This document shows positions 1 to 9,941 of a stretch of 64,000 nucleotides of DNA, piece by piece. The notes beneath the pieces are model-generated. The model ran no database searches, was not told the origin of the DNA, and saw nothing but the letters and a program-made list of their open reading frames with translations. The stretch lies in the IMG/VR virus record IMGVR_UViG_3300050128_000053, positions 24,866 to 88,865 of that record, one strand, 5' to 3'. How positions within the stretch are numbered: position 1 is the stretch's first letter; each line of letters begins with the position of its first letter. The position numbers and the translations under genes were made by a program. The stretch is from a virus.

Positions 1-1294
1 TACCAGCTAATGCCTCAGCGGCCGACAAAGCCGATTTAGCCAAAAATGCAGTACCAAATGCCGCCTGAGCCAGAATGGGAGCAAATCCCAACACACCTTT
101 GCTCAAGGTCTGAAAATCGGTAGCCACTGTGTTGATAGCACCTTGCATACCGGCCGTATCAACGAATCCCTGCAGCCCTGTCGCTGTAGTCGCTGTGGAG
201 CGGGCCAGAGCCGAAGAAGCGACGGTGCTCTTCCCAACCGCCTCGGCCTTATTCAAGTTCAATCCAGACGCGGCGTACATTCTGAGCTGTTGAATATCAG
301 CCGTCGAGAGTCCCATCTGTACTTGAGCGTTTTGCGAGATAGCGGCCCATGAGCCAGGATTCTGGGCCCACTGTTTCGCCTGAGACCCACTGAAGTTCTT
401 TGGCATACCTAATGCCTCAAGAACCGTCTTGAAAATGGTGTTCGGATTATTCACTCCTCGAGTGACTGCGTTGTAAAGCCCCCCGCCCGTCGCCATCTGA
501 CCGCGACGCATCATGTAGTTGAGAGCCTGGGGAGAGGTCAGATCACTAGCAAACTGCGTTGCCCCCTGAGCACCCATAAGCGGATTGATCGCTTGAGCGG
601 CGTTGAGAAACGATTTGAGATTCTTGTTCCCCTTCCCACCTTGTAAAGCACTCAAAAACGGATTTGCCTGCGCAGTAGCAAGGGCACTCCCGAGATCAGC
701 ACCCCCGAGATTGGATATACCACTGAACGAAGCCACCATGTTGTTTGTGCCGCCGCCGTAGAGGGCAGAAGCCTGAGCCGCCATGAGCTGGATTGGCATG
801 CCGGTTCCTTGCCAACCAGCCATGGTGGTGTTTATGGCACCCGAAGCCTTGGACGCGACCTCAAGAGCGGCAAGACCAGGTATGGCACCCATCCCAGCAC
901 CCGACGGACCGCCAGACGGACCACCAGACACGGGTGCTGGAGTATTCCGATTGGTCACCCCGCCGGCACCGCCCATTGAAACAGGAGCAACCGTGTTATT
1001 GGATGCAGCAGTAGTGGTGACTCCTCCCGTCCCACCTCTGGTGCCGAAGATCTTTGAGAGTAGACCCCCTGTCGGCCTCAACTTCTGGTTCAAGGTATCA
1101 ATGGCCGAAGAGAGATGCTTGATCTCGGTAGTAATGCTGGCGATGCTCTCACTCAATGCCTTGAACGAAACGCTGTCGGCATTAGCCGAAAACGTGGGAC
1201 TGGCACTCCCGCCGGCAATGGTCGAAGCCGACTGCGAAAAAGAAGCCCGCCCAACTGCCACAGTTCCTTGGAGCCCAAGCCCGGGCAGTGACAT
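1..1294 (-). CDS. Tape measure protein, 5' part (continues beyond window start)
   Basis: ATG at 1294 overlaps the TGA of the upstream ORF (TGATG). Frame begins MSLPGLGLQGTVAVGRASFSQSAS and is Gly/Ala/Ser-rich. Lies directly after tail chaperone, tube and sheath. Absent from the ORF track, presumably because it has no stop in the window. Confidence 0.8.
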   Translation of the reverse strand, partial: MSLPGLGLQGTVAVGRASFSQSASTIAGGSASPTFSANADSVSFKALSESIASITTEIKHLSSAIDTLNQKLRPTGGLLSKIFGTRGGTGGVTTTAASNNTVAPVSMGGAGGVTNRNTPAPVSGGPSGGPSGAGMGAIPGLAALEVASKASGAINTTMAGWQGTGMPIQLMAAQASALYGGGTNNMVASFSGISNLGGADLGSALATAQANPFLSALQGGKGNKNLKSFLNAAQAINPLMGAQGATQFASDLTSPQALNYMMRRGQMATGGGLYNAVTRGVNNPNTIFKTVLEALGMPKNFSGSQAKQWAQNPGSWAAISQNAQVQMGLSTADIQQLRMYAASGLNLNKAEAVGKSTVASSALARSTATTATGLQGFVDTAGMQGAINTVATDFQTLSKGVLGFAPILAQAAFGTAFLAKSALSAAEALAG

Positions 1295-1443
1295 CAGTGC
1301 TTCTCAGCCAGGTAGGCCGCCAACCTCGACCAGTAATCCCGCTCCCTAGAAGTCATTTCCTTCACGTCTCTAGGTCTCCAGTTCGGGTATTGGCGCAGAA
1401 GTCGTGCGTAATGCTTGTACCGATCTACTTCGCTAGAGGCGAA
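1294..1443 (-). CDS. Tail assembly chaperone C-terminal extension (GT-like), probably reached by +1 frameshift
   Basis: Frame FASSEVDRYKHYARLLRQYPNWRPRDVKEMTSRERDYWSRL has the W-x5-6-(L/M)-x2-RER-x-YW pattern of pre-tape-measure chaperones and no convincing start of its own. Confidence 0.65.
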   Translation of the reverse strand, partial: FASSEVDRYKHYARLLRQYPNWRPRDVKEMTSRERDYWSRLAAYLAEKH

Positions 1444-2299
1444 ATAAGCTCGGAAGGCCCAGCGAAATCGGGTACTCCTCTCCGCAGGTGGCGCAGTTGA
1501 CAGGGATCTCTTGAAACTTCGGGCCAGGTTGGTGAGCGTTGAGGAAATCGACCAGGATGGCCCGGTCCCCCGACGGCATCGATTGGACGATTTCCTCTCG
1601 ACCGTAGGCGAGCACACCATCGACCTTGATCACGCTCTTGGCCAACATGATGGTGTTGAGTTCAGCGCTCGTCCTGCGCATCATGTTCTCGGACCAGGCC
1701 TCTTGAGCCAGCCCAGTGAGAAGACCGACCTCGGCGATGCGCCCATGACGAAGCTCGACCTCGAAGACCCGCTTCAGTGGGTCTTCGAGTGTATCGACCT
1801 TGACATCGGAGTCCAAGAAAACAGTGATCTTCGATTCCTTGTCACACATGGCGCAGCGAAGGGTGAACTCAACATCATTGCCGTAGGTGGCTTTACGGAT
1901 GCCGAGCATCAGGGCATCGCGGTCCCCGATAAGGAGCCGGCGCATCAGATCCTGATTGACTGTCTCATCACCCAACCGCTCAACCCCGATGGTCAACAGC
2001 TCGGTGACGAAGACCCCCATGTTCTTCTGCGGGTCAAGACGGGACAGCTTCTCTTCGGCGTACCCATCAAGCTCTCGCACCAAGGCGTCTCGGACCAATA
2101 CACCGCCAGCTGTGATATAGCCAACCGGCAGCTCCACCGAACAATCAGGAACATCGCCGATCTCGGGCTCTTTCTCAGTAGCCGCTATCTTGGCCGCCAC
2201 CTCTGCAGCGCTCGGCATCGAGTCGGGGGACGGTGGCGTGGGCAATGGCCGAGCGCCGGGGGTATCGGGCAACATGGGAGGGGAGTTCAAAGCTGTCAT
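1433..2299 (-). CDS. Tail assembly chaperone (T4 gp26/baseplate-hub-chaperone-like, two CxxC pairs)
   Basis: Start MTALNSPP after a GGAG SD. Motifs LLIGDRDALMLGIRKATYG, CAMC and CATC. Located between tube and tape measure genes. Confidence 0.75.
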   Translation of the reverse strand: MTALNSPPMLPDTPGARPLPTPPSPDSMPSAAEVAAKIAATEKEPEIGDVPDCSVELPVGYITAGGVLVRDALVRELDGYAEEKLSRLDPQKNMGVFVTELLTIGVERLGDETVNQDLMRRLLIGDRDALMLGIRKATYGNDVEFTLRCAMCDKESKITVFLDSDVKVDTLEDPLKRVFEVELRHGRIAEVGLLTGLAQEAWSENMMRRTSAELNTIMLAKSVIKVDGVLAYGREEIVQSMPSGDRAILVDFLNAHQPGPKFQEIPVNCATCGEEYPISLGLPSLFRL

Positions 2300-2343
2300 A
2301 TATGGCGCTCCTTTGAGTGAAGTGGGCTGCAGGCGTATTTCTA

Positions 2344-3003
2344 CTACCAGCCAACAGGGTTCGTCACGTACCCATTGACGTTGCCCGGCATCCCACCCCA
2401 CTGCATGTCGAAGCCCTCGTAGTTGATCGTCATCTGTTCGACCGCCACGGCGTTACCGCCGGCATCCATGTCCGAATAGGCCAACGACCCGATCCAAGCC
2501 GAATACAGCTTGAAGCTGATCTGGACGATGCTGGCCTGATTGACGTACGAACTCTCGTACGGAGCGTTCGGACCTGGTGCTGCCGCAGTGTTGTTCGGGT
2601 GCTGGAGCACATTGATGTACATGGTCGTGCGAAAGTCCGGTGCCGGTGTAAGCGTATCGGGGTTAAGCAGATTCACGCCGGCCTGACCCCCGTACATGGC
2701 AGTGAACAGGTTCGTCATCCAGTACCAGTTGTCGTAATCGGTCGGGAAAAGCCCTCTTGAACACGTGATCGGGTTGATGTCCGCTTGTCCGGGCATCTTC
2801 CTCGTAGTCAAGTTGTCACCGCCCTCACGGTACGTCAGCGGCTCGATCGAAACCCCAAGACCGGACACGGACATGAATCCAAACCGCGCTATGCCGCCGG
2901 TTATGCCGTCGCTTTGCGTAGTGAGTGGTATGTATAGGTTGAACTTGAAGGATCGCAGGGGATCAGATGTAATCGACCTGCTCACACCCACTGTAGCAGC
3001 CAT
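2344..3003 (-). CDS. Tail tube protein (T4 gp19-like)
   Basis: DPLRSFKF, GFMSVSGL, YREGG...KMPG, ITCSRG, LYSAW and VAVEQMTINYEG are gp19-family motifs. Follows the sheath gene. Confidence 0.92.
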   Translation of the reverse strand: MAATVGVSRSITSDPLRSFKFNLYIPLTTQSDGITGGIARFGFMSVSGLGVSIEPLTYREGGDNLTTRKMPGQADINPITCSRGLFPTDYDNWYWMTNLFTAMYGGQAGVNLLNPDTLTPAPDFRTTMYINVLQHPNNTAAAPGPNAPYESSYVNQASIVQISFKLYSAWIGSLAYSDMDAGGNAVAVEQMTINYEGFDMQWGGMPGNVNGYVTNPVGW

Positions 3004-3020
3004 TTAGAAAGCTCCTTCTC

Positions 3021-4679
3021 TTAGGTCGACGTAGTCGAGACCGACGTTGCTCCGGTGCTCTGGAACTGGGCGATAGTGATCTGGATGAACTCGGAGGGAA
3101 CCGCAAGAGCGACACCGGCCACCACATTGGTGACTCCGCTGGCGATTGTCTGCGGCGTGTTGATCGTGTCATCGCAGATCACGTAATAGGACTGCGCTGG
3201 CGTACCGCCCGGGAAAGCACCTGCGGCGTACATACTTGAGAGCAACGAGTTGCAGGTCGCAATGATCCGTCCCCACAGAGAAGACGAGTTGGGATCAAAG
3301 ACATACTGCTGCATCGAGGCCACCAGAGCGGACTCAATGTAGTTCAAGGTGCGGCGCACCGGTATGTACTTCGATGCGAAACCGATCTCGAGTGTGCGGG
3401 TGCCCCAAATGACCACAGAACCATCGGGCATTGTCCGCAGGGCGTTGACGTTCTGATTGTTGAGGAGGGCCATTTGACCCGGTGTGAGCTGATCCTCGGC
3501 GGCCACCACATTGGCCAAGACCGTGTTCGTCCCTGCAGGAGCTTCCCAAGGTCCCGAACTGTTGTCTGTAGCGGCGATCTGACCGAGGATGAAACCACCC
3601 GGCGGCAGATCAATCACGTTCTGGGGGTTCGATGAGGCCGGATTCGTGGCGTAAACCCATGGGTAATACAAGGCGACATAGGAAGGCGCTGGATTTGCCC
3701 CGAACGACAAACTGGCGAGGAAAGCCGACACTGAGTTCAAACCGCTCACCGGAGCACCTTGGGGAGGGTCGACGACCAAGAAGGTGTACGGGCGGCCGCC
3801 TGATGCGTACGTACCCGCAGCATCGATGACCGCCGTGTTCCCTTCAGCTGGGAGGTTGATGTTCAAGAGACCTTGGACCTTGTCGAAGGGCGATGTCCCC
3901 GCTGTCACTACAACCTCTTTGTCCGCAGGAGCAGGAGGAGAGAGAGGATCGGTCCCACCGCTAAAAGCGAGCCCAGTGGTTATTCCTGGGCAGCTCAATA
4001 CGGGAGAGGGCGCTGAGGTAGCCGGTGTCGACACCACAACCACCCAGGTGGAACCTTGAGAAGGTGAGTTGATGATCGAGGTGACGAACCGGTTACTGAG
4101 CGGATTCATGGATAGGTACGTCCACTGCTCCACCAAAGTGCCGGCAGCCGGCGCACCACCGGCATAGATGTTCATGTTGAAAGACGGGTAACCGGCACTG
4201 TCGCTTGCACCGGTCAGCGAAATGGAAGCCCACAGACCACTTGTTGCCTGGCCGTTGGCCCATTGGCCGGGATTCCCAGCCTTCCCTAAGACACCCGCCT
4301 CAAGAACGATCGCTGTCTGTGGCGTGGCCGTATAGGCGTCAGGAATGTTCAACGTGGCAGTCGCCCCAGGCGATGTCGAGTTCGTAATCCGTGCCACAAA
4401 GGCTGATTGCCCGCCGTTGGCAAAGAACTGATACACCGAATACGGCAGGTACGGGTTGTTCAGAACCGGGACGCTGTTCGGGTTGAAGCCCCCGAAGTAC
4501 CTGACGAAATCGCTCCAGCTGTTGCACAAGATGGCATACCCACTCGGGCCACGGAAATGCTCACCGGCAAACCCAGCCACCGACGGGGATGAGTTGGAAG
4601 GCGAGATGGTGGGCCCGAGCAGTTGTTCTACAGTGCTGACGCCTGGAGGGCCGGTGAGCGAGGGGGTCGTCATGGTCAT
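3021..4679 (-). CDS. Tail sheath protein
   Basis: SWSDFVRYFGG, YQFFANGG, ALYYPW, PPGG, WEAPAG, IWGTRTL, YIPVRR, YYVICDDTINT and PSEFI motifs. Confidence 0.95.
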   Translation of the reverse strand: MTMTTPSLTGPPGVSTVEQLLGPTISPSNSSPSVAGFAGEHFRGPSGYAILCNSWSDFVRYFGGFNPNSVPVLNNPYLPYSVYQFFANGGQSAFVARITNSTSPGATATLNIPDAYTATPQTAIVLEAGVLGKAGNPGQWANGQATSGLWASISLTGASDSAGYPSFNMNIYAGGAPAAGTLVEQWTYLSMNPLSNRFVTSIINSPSQGSTWVVVVSTPATSAPSPVLSCPGITTGLAFSGGTDPLSPPAPADKEVVVTAGTSPFDKVQGLLNINLPAEGNTAVIDAAGTYASGGRPYTFLVVDPPQGAPVSGLNSVSAFLASLSFGANPAPSYVALYYPWVYATNPASSNPQNVIDLPPGGFILGQIAATDNSSGPWEAPAGTNTVLANVVAAEDQLTPGQMALLNNQNVNALRTMPDGSVVIWGTRTLEIGFASKYIPVRRTLNYIESALVASMQQYVFDPNSSSLWGRIIATCNSLLSSMYAAGAFPGGTPAQSYYVICDDTINTPQTIASGVTNVVAGVALAVPSEFIQITIAQFQSTGATSVSTTST

Positions 4680-4695
4680 CGCTGTTCTCTACCTT

Positions 4696-5310
4696 TCACG
4701 CCGACACCGGAAATGGCTGGTCGGCATAGGGGATTACGGTCACATTCACTCCGGTCGACTGCTGTATCGCGTAGACCTGGCCCAAGAAGAACTCTGAGGA
4801 AACCGAAACGGTGAAGATGTTCCGGTACAAGCGGTGTTGTGAAGCATCAACCGTGTCTCGTCGAACCACCGACACCAGATCAGCTCGACGAACAGTGCCA
4901 TCGAAGTTCGTCATATCCAGACTGCCGAACTCCTCGGGGAACTGCTGGAAAAGAAGAGAGGTGAGCCATCTGTCATCTCGCGGCAGTCGGGAGTACGCGG
5001 CGAGTTGGTATACGAGATTCCAGGGCAGTGGAAAATCGTATGCGGCCAAGGAGAAACCATTCAATGGGGTCGCTGTCTCAGTGTCGTAATCGAGGATGAA
5101 CTCGTTTGCCACCCTGTGCGCCCGGTCAGGAGCGAAAGTGATTTCAGCCAAATCGATGGCAATGTGGGGAAAAGTCCGCTGGCGTTCTTCGGAATCTGGA
5201 AACCTGAAGTACACCGCTATCGGCTTGGCCCGCCCGTCGGCATAGTTGGTGACAGAGAACCCACTGAGCTTCGCCTTAAGGGCGTCGTCTTCATCGAGGA
5301 GCCAGGGCAT
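4696..5310 (-). CDS. Putative tail terminator / tail completion protein
   Basis: Immediately upstream of sheath; FPHIAIDL and PWNLVYQL patterns. Confidence 0.6.
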   Translation of the reverse strand: MPWLLDEDDALKAKLSGFSVTNYADGRAKPIAVYFRFPDSEERQRTFPHIAIDLAEITFAPDRAHRVANEFILDYDTETATPLNGFSLAAYDFPLPWNLVYQLAAYSRLPRDDRWLTSLLFQQFPEEFGSLDMTNFDGTVRRADLVSVVRRDTVDASQHRLYRNIFTVSVSSEFFLGQVYAIQQSTGVNVTVIPYADQPFPVSA

Positions 5311-5311
5311 G

Positions 5312-5671
5312 TCAGATCCCCAACTCTCGACGGAGGACCGAGTCGTAGATCACCTGAGCACCTGGACGAGTTGTTGTAGCAGCCGCCCGCAGAACAGGGC
5401 TCGGGGCGCTCTCGGGAGTCCCGTACTCAAAGTCAGCCAGCCGATCACCGTCGGGGGTGTGAGCGATCCCAACGAAGGGAGAACCCTTGTGCTCCGAGAG
5501 GACTACTGCGCCAGGCTCATGACCGGCCTTCTCAGCAGCCTGAGCCATCGCTCCGTGGAGATGTGTGAGAGCCGTCATCTGCGCTCTGCGATGGGCGACA
5601 GGGAGTCGATAGAGTGCACGTTCAAATGACGCCCGACGGGGCGTAATCGCATTGTCAGTGATCCTGAACAT
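5312..5671 (-). CDS. Putative neck/tail completion protein
   Basis: C-terminal EYGTPESAPSPVLR resembles the HK97 gp10-like EYGT motif; synteny supports it. Confidence 0.5.
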   Translation of the reverse strand: MFRITDNAITPRRASFERALYRLPVAHRRAQMTALTHLHGAMAQAAEKAGHEPGAVVLSEHKGSPFVGIAHTPDGDRLADFEYGTPESAPSPVLRAAATTTRPGAQVIYDSVLRRELGI

Positions 5672-5771
5672 TGCTCGACTTCCTATGGGCTCTTGTCCAT
5701 CGCTGGGTACTGCACGGAGCACGGCGGGTCCGCAACACTGATTCTGCCAGAGGACAGCGACCCCAAAATGG

Positions 5772-6278
5772 TCAACCGTCAGCGCCGGCCGCATAGGGAG
5801 CGAACATCGGGATGGCCGTGTCCTCGTCGAGATCGGACTGGGTCATTGCCAGACAGTCCACCGAGACAGTCAAGAAGTAATCCGCCACACGCCCGCGTGG
5901 CAAAAAAGTGTTGACGCTGAAGAGGCGGCCGTCAAAGCCCACTCGGTCATTCACGTGATCCTGGCCGAAAGGATCAGGATCAGGCATTGTCGTGGAAAAG
6001 AACTGATTAAAGCTGAAGATGAGGTGGAGCCGGTCAAGCTGATATAACCCGTCGTCATCGAAGTTCTGGCCCGCCCTCACATACTCGCCAATCAGAACCG
6101 GGAGAGTAATGGGGGGATACCACGTTCTTTGCGGACCGGTGTCATAAGTAGGATCCATTGTCGTGGCGGCGGCATTAAAGCGGAACCAAGCCGCCCACTG
6201 GCCCACGTTCAGTTGGTAATCATTCTTCATGCCCTCATAGGCCTGTCGAATATCCCGCAATGTCCTACGATCTGACAT
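5772..6278 (-). CDS. Putative head closure protein
   Basis: Position in the neck module; DPTYD and DRVGFDGRLF patterns. Confidence 0.55.
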   Translation of the reverse strand: MSDRRTLRDIRQAYEGMKNDYQLNVGQWAAWFRFNAAATTMDPTYDTGPQRTWYPPITLPVLIGEYVRAGQNFDDDGLYQLDRLHLIFSFNQFFSTTMPDPDPFGQDHVNDRVGFDGRLFSVNTFLPRGRVADYFLTVSVDCLAMTQSDLDEDTAIPMFAPYAAGADG

Positions 6279-7289
6279 TTATAAACCGGGGGGTATCGGT
6301 ATTTCCACAAGAGAAGGGCCGTACATGATAAAGGGCGCAGGCTGACCAACCACGAACTGCGCCGTACTCAACACAACTCCATACGGTGTCGTCACTCCCA
6401 CCTGACCGGTAATCGCACCAACGGGGACCACCGCAACGATCTCCATGTCATTGAGCACCGAGAACTGCGTAGCCGACACACCACCAAAGGTGACCGCTGT
6501 CGCCCCAGTGAAATACATCCCGTTGATGGTGACCTGTGAACCCACAGCAGCAACTGTTGGAGTAAACCCTGAGTAAGGTGTGTTGTACTCCTGCTCTCTG
6601 AAAATCGGGACAAGACGATTGGTGGTATAGCTGACTCGGCGCTGATTGAGGATCTGAATCCGGTAGATACCCAAACCCAATGCAAGCGACAACTGCTTGT
6701 ACTCATTATCAAGGGCAGAGATCTGCTGAATGAGCTGACGCCAGCGCTGAGACCGCGGAATGTGAACACCCTCTGGGGTATTGATGTCGATCGTCTGAGA
6801 GGCATCTGTCGAGCGCATCCACAGCAGCTCTTTGGCCGCCAGAATGGAGACCAAATAGTTTTCAGTCGAACTTATGCCGGTTTGCCCAAGCCCAGGATCA
6901 ATGACAGGAAGCGGGTCTTGATCTTGCACATGAAGGTTAAAACTATCGATTACTGACTGCCAGACCTCGTCATCGTCGAAGAAGTCGTATGTCGTTCCCG
7001 AAACCCCCAAAATGGCTCCAGCAGGCTGAGGAGCAGTGAAGAACTGAATGACTCCGTACTTGTAATCAAAGACATACGTTGGTGTGGCGGCCCCTGAAAT
7101 AATGGCACCACTCAAGACCACCTCAGGCGGATCGGCGTACTGAGAGATCGACTCAACCGGGAGGTCAAATGTGTTCGAAAGGCCATCTACGGTGATATTG
7201 GCGGCAAAGGGCCGTCCAGTATCTTGCACGAGCCTGCGCGTGCGTACCACCAGGTCATACATTGGTGGGTTCAGGGTGGCCAAGGTCAC
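6279..7289 (-). CDS. Head-tail adaptor with C-terminal IPT/TIG (Ig-like) domain
   Basis: DINTPEGVHIPRSQRWRQL adaptor-like segment, followed by GSQVTINGMYFTGATAVTFGG...VVPVGAITGQVGVTTP (IPT/TIG). Confidence 0.7.
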   Translation of the reverse strand: MTLATLNPPMYDLVVRTRRLVQDTGRPFAANITVDGLSNTFDLPVESISQYADPPEVVLSGAIISGAATPTYVFDYKYGVIQFFTAPQPAGAILGVSGTTYDFFDDDEVWQSVIDSFNLHVQDQDPLPVIDPGLGQTGISSTENYLVSILAAKELLWMRSTDASQTIDINTPEGVHIPRSQRWRQLIQQISALDNEYKQLSLALGLGIYRIQILNQRRVSYTTNRLVPIFREQEYNTPYSGFTPTVAAVGSQVTINGMYFTGATAVTFGGVSATQFSVLNDMEIVAVVPVGAITGQVGVTTPYGVVLSTAQFVVGQPAPFIMYGPSLVEIPIPPGL

Positions 7290-7591
7290 GCACTAAGTGT
7301 ACGAGATCTGCTTCCTATCCCAAGGCCGGCTGCACAGTCAGACCCATCGACTGGCGCTGTTCTACCCCCGCTGGCTGAACGCTCAGAAGAACCGATTGAT
7401 GACCGACCGTTACAACCATAAAAGCGACAGGCGCTCCATTCAACCCGAGGCTTGCTGTCATGGCACTCAAAAGGGGGAATAGCAGTGATTCCTCACCAAT
7501 CGATCTCGGTACAGGTGCTCAAGTTCGGGAAGGCGAAACTGTGCCCGTTGAATACCTGGGAGATAGAGCTTGCTGGCCATATCGAATCCTC

Positions 7592-7885
7592 TCACCAACT
7601 AACGGTCACGACAGAGGTACCACCGGGAGACACCAACTGCAAAGTCGGAGCAACCATGTGGTCCCCATAAAGGATCGGCTGGAAAACGAGTTCCTCTCCG
7701 AGATTGACCAACGATTTGATGTCACCACTCGACGGTGTGGTACTCGGAATCCCGGGCAGCGACCCATCAATGGTCCCATAGACCGGAGCAGCCCCCGAGA
7801 TCTTCTTCACCTTGACACTGCCCGTCGGCGAAGGGATGGGGATTACTGAGACGGCCGCACCAAGGGTGTACTCAACCGTCGCCAC
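7592..7885 (-). CDS. Hypothetical virion-associated protein
   Basis: Beta-rich 97 aa ORF within the structural operon. Confidence 0.5.
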   Translation of the reverse strand: MATVEYTLGAAVSVIPIPSPTGSVKVKKISGAAPVYGTIDGSLPGIPSTTPSSGDIKSLVNLGEELVFQPILYGDHMVAPTLQLVSPGGTSVVTVSW

Positions 7886-7888
7886 GTA

Positions 7889-8458
7889 TTACCCCCTGAC
7901 CCACTCTCGGATAAGCCCCCGCTCATCGAGATGCTCAGCCACCTCGTAGGGCAGTTCGTACATGAGCCCTTCACGGAGGTCGTAGTTGTTCGGCTCCTGG
8001 CTCACTGGGTTGATCCCGTACGTCATTTTCTCGATGTCCTGGTCGACACGAATCCGCACAACGGCACTGTGGACCCTCGGAGCACGCGGCCGGCGGCGCT
8101 CCTTGCGAGCCTGCAGGATCGGAGCCAAGGCCGCCTCATCCTCCTTACCAGTGAGGACGGGCTCTCGCTCTTCATCACCGTCGGTCGAGAACCGGTCAGG
8201 GGGGTCGAACTCGTCGATGGCATCGTCCTCATCGTCGTCTTCAACAAAGGCCACTGAGCGCTGATCAATGCGCTCACCGCTCCGCGGGTCGAACACCCCG
8301 TGACGCTCCTCTTCGCTCTGTGCCGCAGTCGCCATGGTGGTCTCGGCCACCCGGTCCTGCTGCTCGAGCTGTTGCTCCCGAGACGCCTTTGCACGCTGTC
8401 GCCCCGTCAAGTCGCCTGAGTTGGGCCGACTCCTCCGTTGTCCTGTGGTGGTTGCCAT
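7889..8458 (-). CDS. Conserved hypothetical protein downstream of capsid gene
   Basis: AAGGAG SD; begins DLTGRQRA and ends YELPYEVAEHLDERGLI. Confidence 0.6.
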   Translation of the reverse strand: MATTTGQRRSRPNSGDLTGRQRAKASREQQLEQQDRVAETTMATAAQSEEERHGVFDPRSGERIDQRSVAFVEDDDEDDAIDEFDPPDRFSTDGDEEREPVLTGKEDEAALAPILQARKERRRPRAPRVHSAVVRIRVDQDIEKMTYGINPVSQEPNNYDLREGLMYELPYEVAEHLDERGLIREWVRG

Positions 8459-8542
8459 TGGTGGTTTCTCCTTTGGCGGCTAATGCCGCAGTTCACGCAG
8501 CAGCGACCCCTACTTCTACAAGGGACCGCTTACGCCGCCAGC

Positions 8543-8643
8543 TTACGCATTGGTTGGGTTCTCAAGATAGTCAGCCGCCGAGCGAAGGCGGTCGGCACTG
8601 TCTCAGAACTTCCCCAGCAACTTTTCCTACAGCTGGTACATAG
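8543..8643 (-). pseudogene. Degenerate endonuclease VII-type homing endonuclease C-terminus
   Basis: Reads LCTSC / frameshift / KLLGKF*DSADRLRSAADYLEN, matching the EndoVII tail LCxxCNxxLGxFxDxxxxLxxAxxYL. Confidence 0.6.
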
Positions 8644-8684
8644 TTTGGGGGTCTCGATTAGGAGTAAAAGCCTCTGACCTGGAC

Positions 8685-9941
8685 CTAGTTGGTGTTTCCG
8701 ATTACCACGCTCCAATCTGTGATAAGTCCGAGGCCCCATATTGCATACCAGGCCAGAGCGTGCTCACGACCGAAGTCGAGGACCCCGCCGTCGCGCAGTT
8801 CCACCGGCAAGGAGATGGCATGCCCGAAGGCGTTGTCACCCAAGAAGATCGCCTGGTAGACGTTCTGTGGCGTGGCGGCCGAGCTGAGGAACGAGTTGAC
8901 CTGTGTGGTCTCGATGAACACGCAGTCGTACAGCCGGCCGATCTCTCCGAGGGCGAAGTTGCCCGGGGCAGCGTACTTGGTCACTTCGATGAACTCAGGA
9001 GTGTCACGCAAGCGACGGCTCTGAGCCGGGGCCACGAACGAGACATAGGTCTCGCCCAGTCGAGGCACGTTCTTCGACGCCAAGGTCAGAACAGCATCCT
9101 TGACCAGCGGCGGCGTGAAGTAGTACTGACCGCTCAAGCCCGTGGTCGAAGTGCCGACGGTGCCCTGATCATACGGCGAGAGCGTCGTACGCGGTGTGTC
9201 GTTGACCGTGGTGTTGTACCCGAAGATCACCGAACTGGCCAACAACAACGTGTTCCGCGCCGAGTAGTCGAGGTACTGGGCCATGTTGCGGCCGAGCAAC
9301 CGAGACGCCGACGCCATGACATCGTCGAAGGACGCATTCAGCAGCAGCTCGGTCACCGAGACGCCGAAGCCTTGCTCTGCCACCGTGATGGAGAACTGGC
9401 TGGCCGTCAGGGCCACGGTCTGCATGCGGACGCCTTCAACGAGCTGTGAGGCATTCGGCAGGTTGTTGTAGCGCATGAAGTTGATGGTGAGCCCAGGCTG
9501 AACACCTAGTTCCGTCTTCTTCACGGCGAACTGCTCGAAGCGCAGAATCGGCATCGCTTGGAACAAGATCTCTTTGGCAAACTGTTACCACCGTTTCCGG
9601 CGGGGTGATCATTTCTGTCACCCTCTGCAGATTTACCATCCCTGCAGATCGGACTGTATCTTCATCTTCAGCACCAGCACACTTCTCACCTAAGTGCTGA
9701 TCCTCTTGAAGATGTCTCCCGTGCAGTCTCTACGGAGTCCCAGGTGTTGGGTTCCCTCGGTATTCCCCTTTGTTGGCGGGGTTCACCGATACAGGGAGAT
9801 CATGATCTCATCGGTCACCCGATGAGACGGCCCTTATGTCGACCAAATTGTCTGGATTGCTTGTCCAAGCGTGCTATTGGCACCGGAATACCCGGTGGGG
9901 GAAGCGGCCAAATAAGGCGTCCCCGTCACGGCTGAGGGCAT
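8685..9941 (-). CDS. Major capsid protein (N4 gp56-like HK97 fold), spliced: exon 1 9941-9842, exon 2 9577-8685, 330 aa
   Basis: GGAGGT SD, then MPSAVTGTPYLAASPTGYSGANSTLGQAIQTIW-S-KEILFQAMPILRFEQF after intron removal. GEIGRLYDCVFIET and DFGREHALAWY motifs. Confidence 0.92.
9578..9841 (-). mobile_element. Group I self-splicing intron, 264 nt, no ORF
   Basis: 5' exon ends in U (TGGT|), intron ends in G (ACAGTTTG|CC AAA). R-like CGTAGAGACTGCACG and S-like AAGATACAGTCCGA give P7 GACTG/CAGTC. P2 GTCTCATCGG-GTGA-CCGATGAGAT; P3 TCTCCC/GGGAGA; P8 ATCTTCA/TGAAGAT. Removal restores the frame (100+893=993 nt). Confidence 0.93.

Noticed and set aside
783-2320. Long plus-strand ORFs (783-1349, 1511-2320) and many similar ones across the window
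   Set aside because: Antisense shadows of well-supported minus-strand genes, expected in GC-rich DNA.
9838-9843. GTCGAC site spanning the intron 5' splice junction
   Set aside because: The hexamer is frequent in this window, so coincidence is likely.
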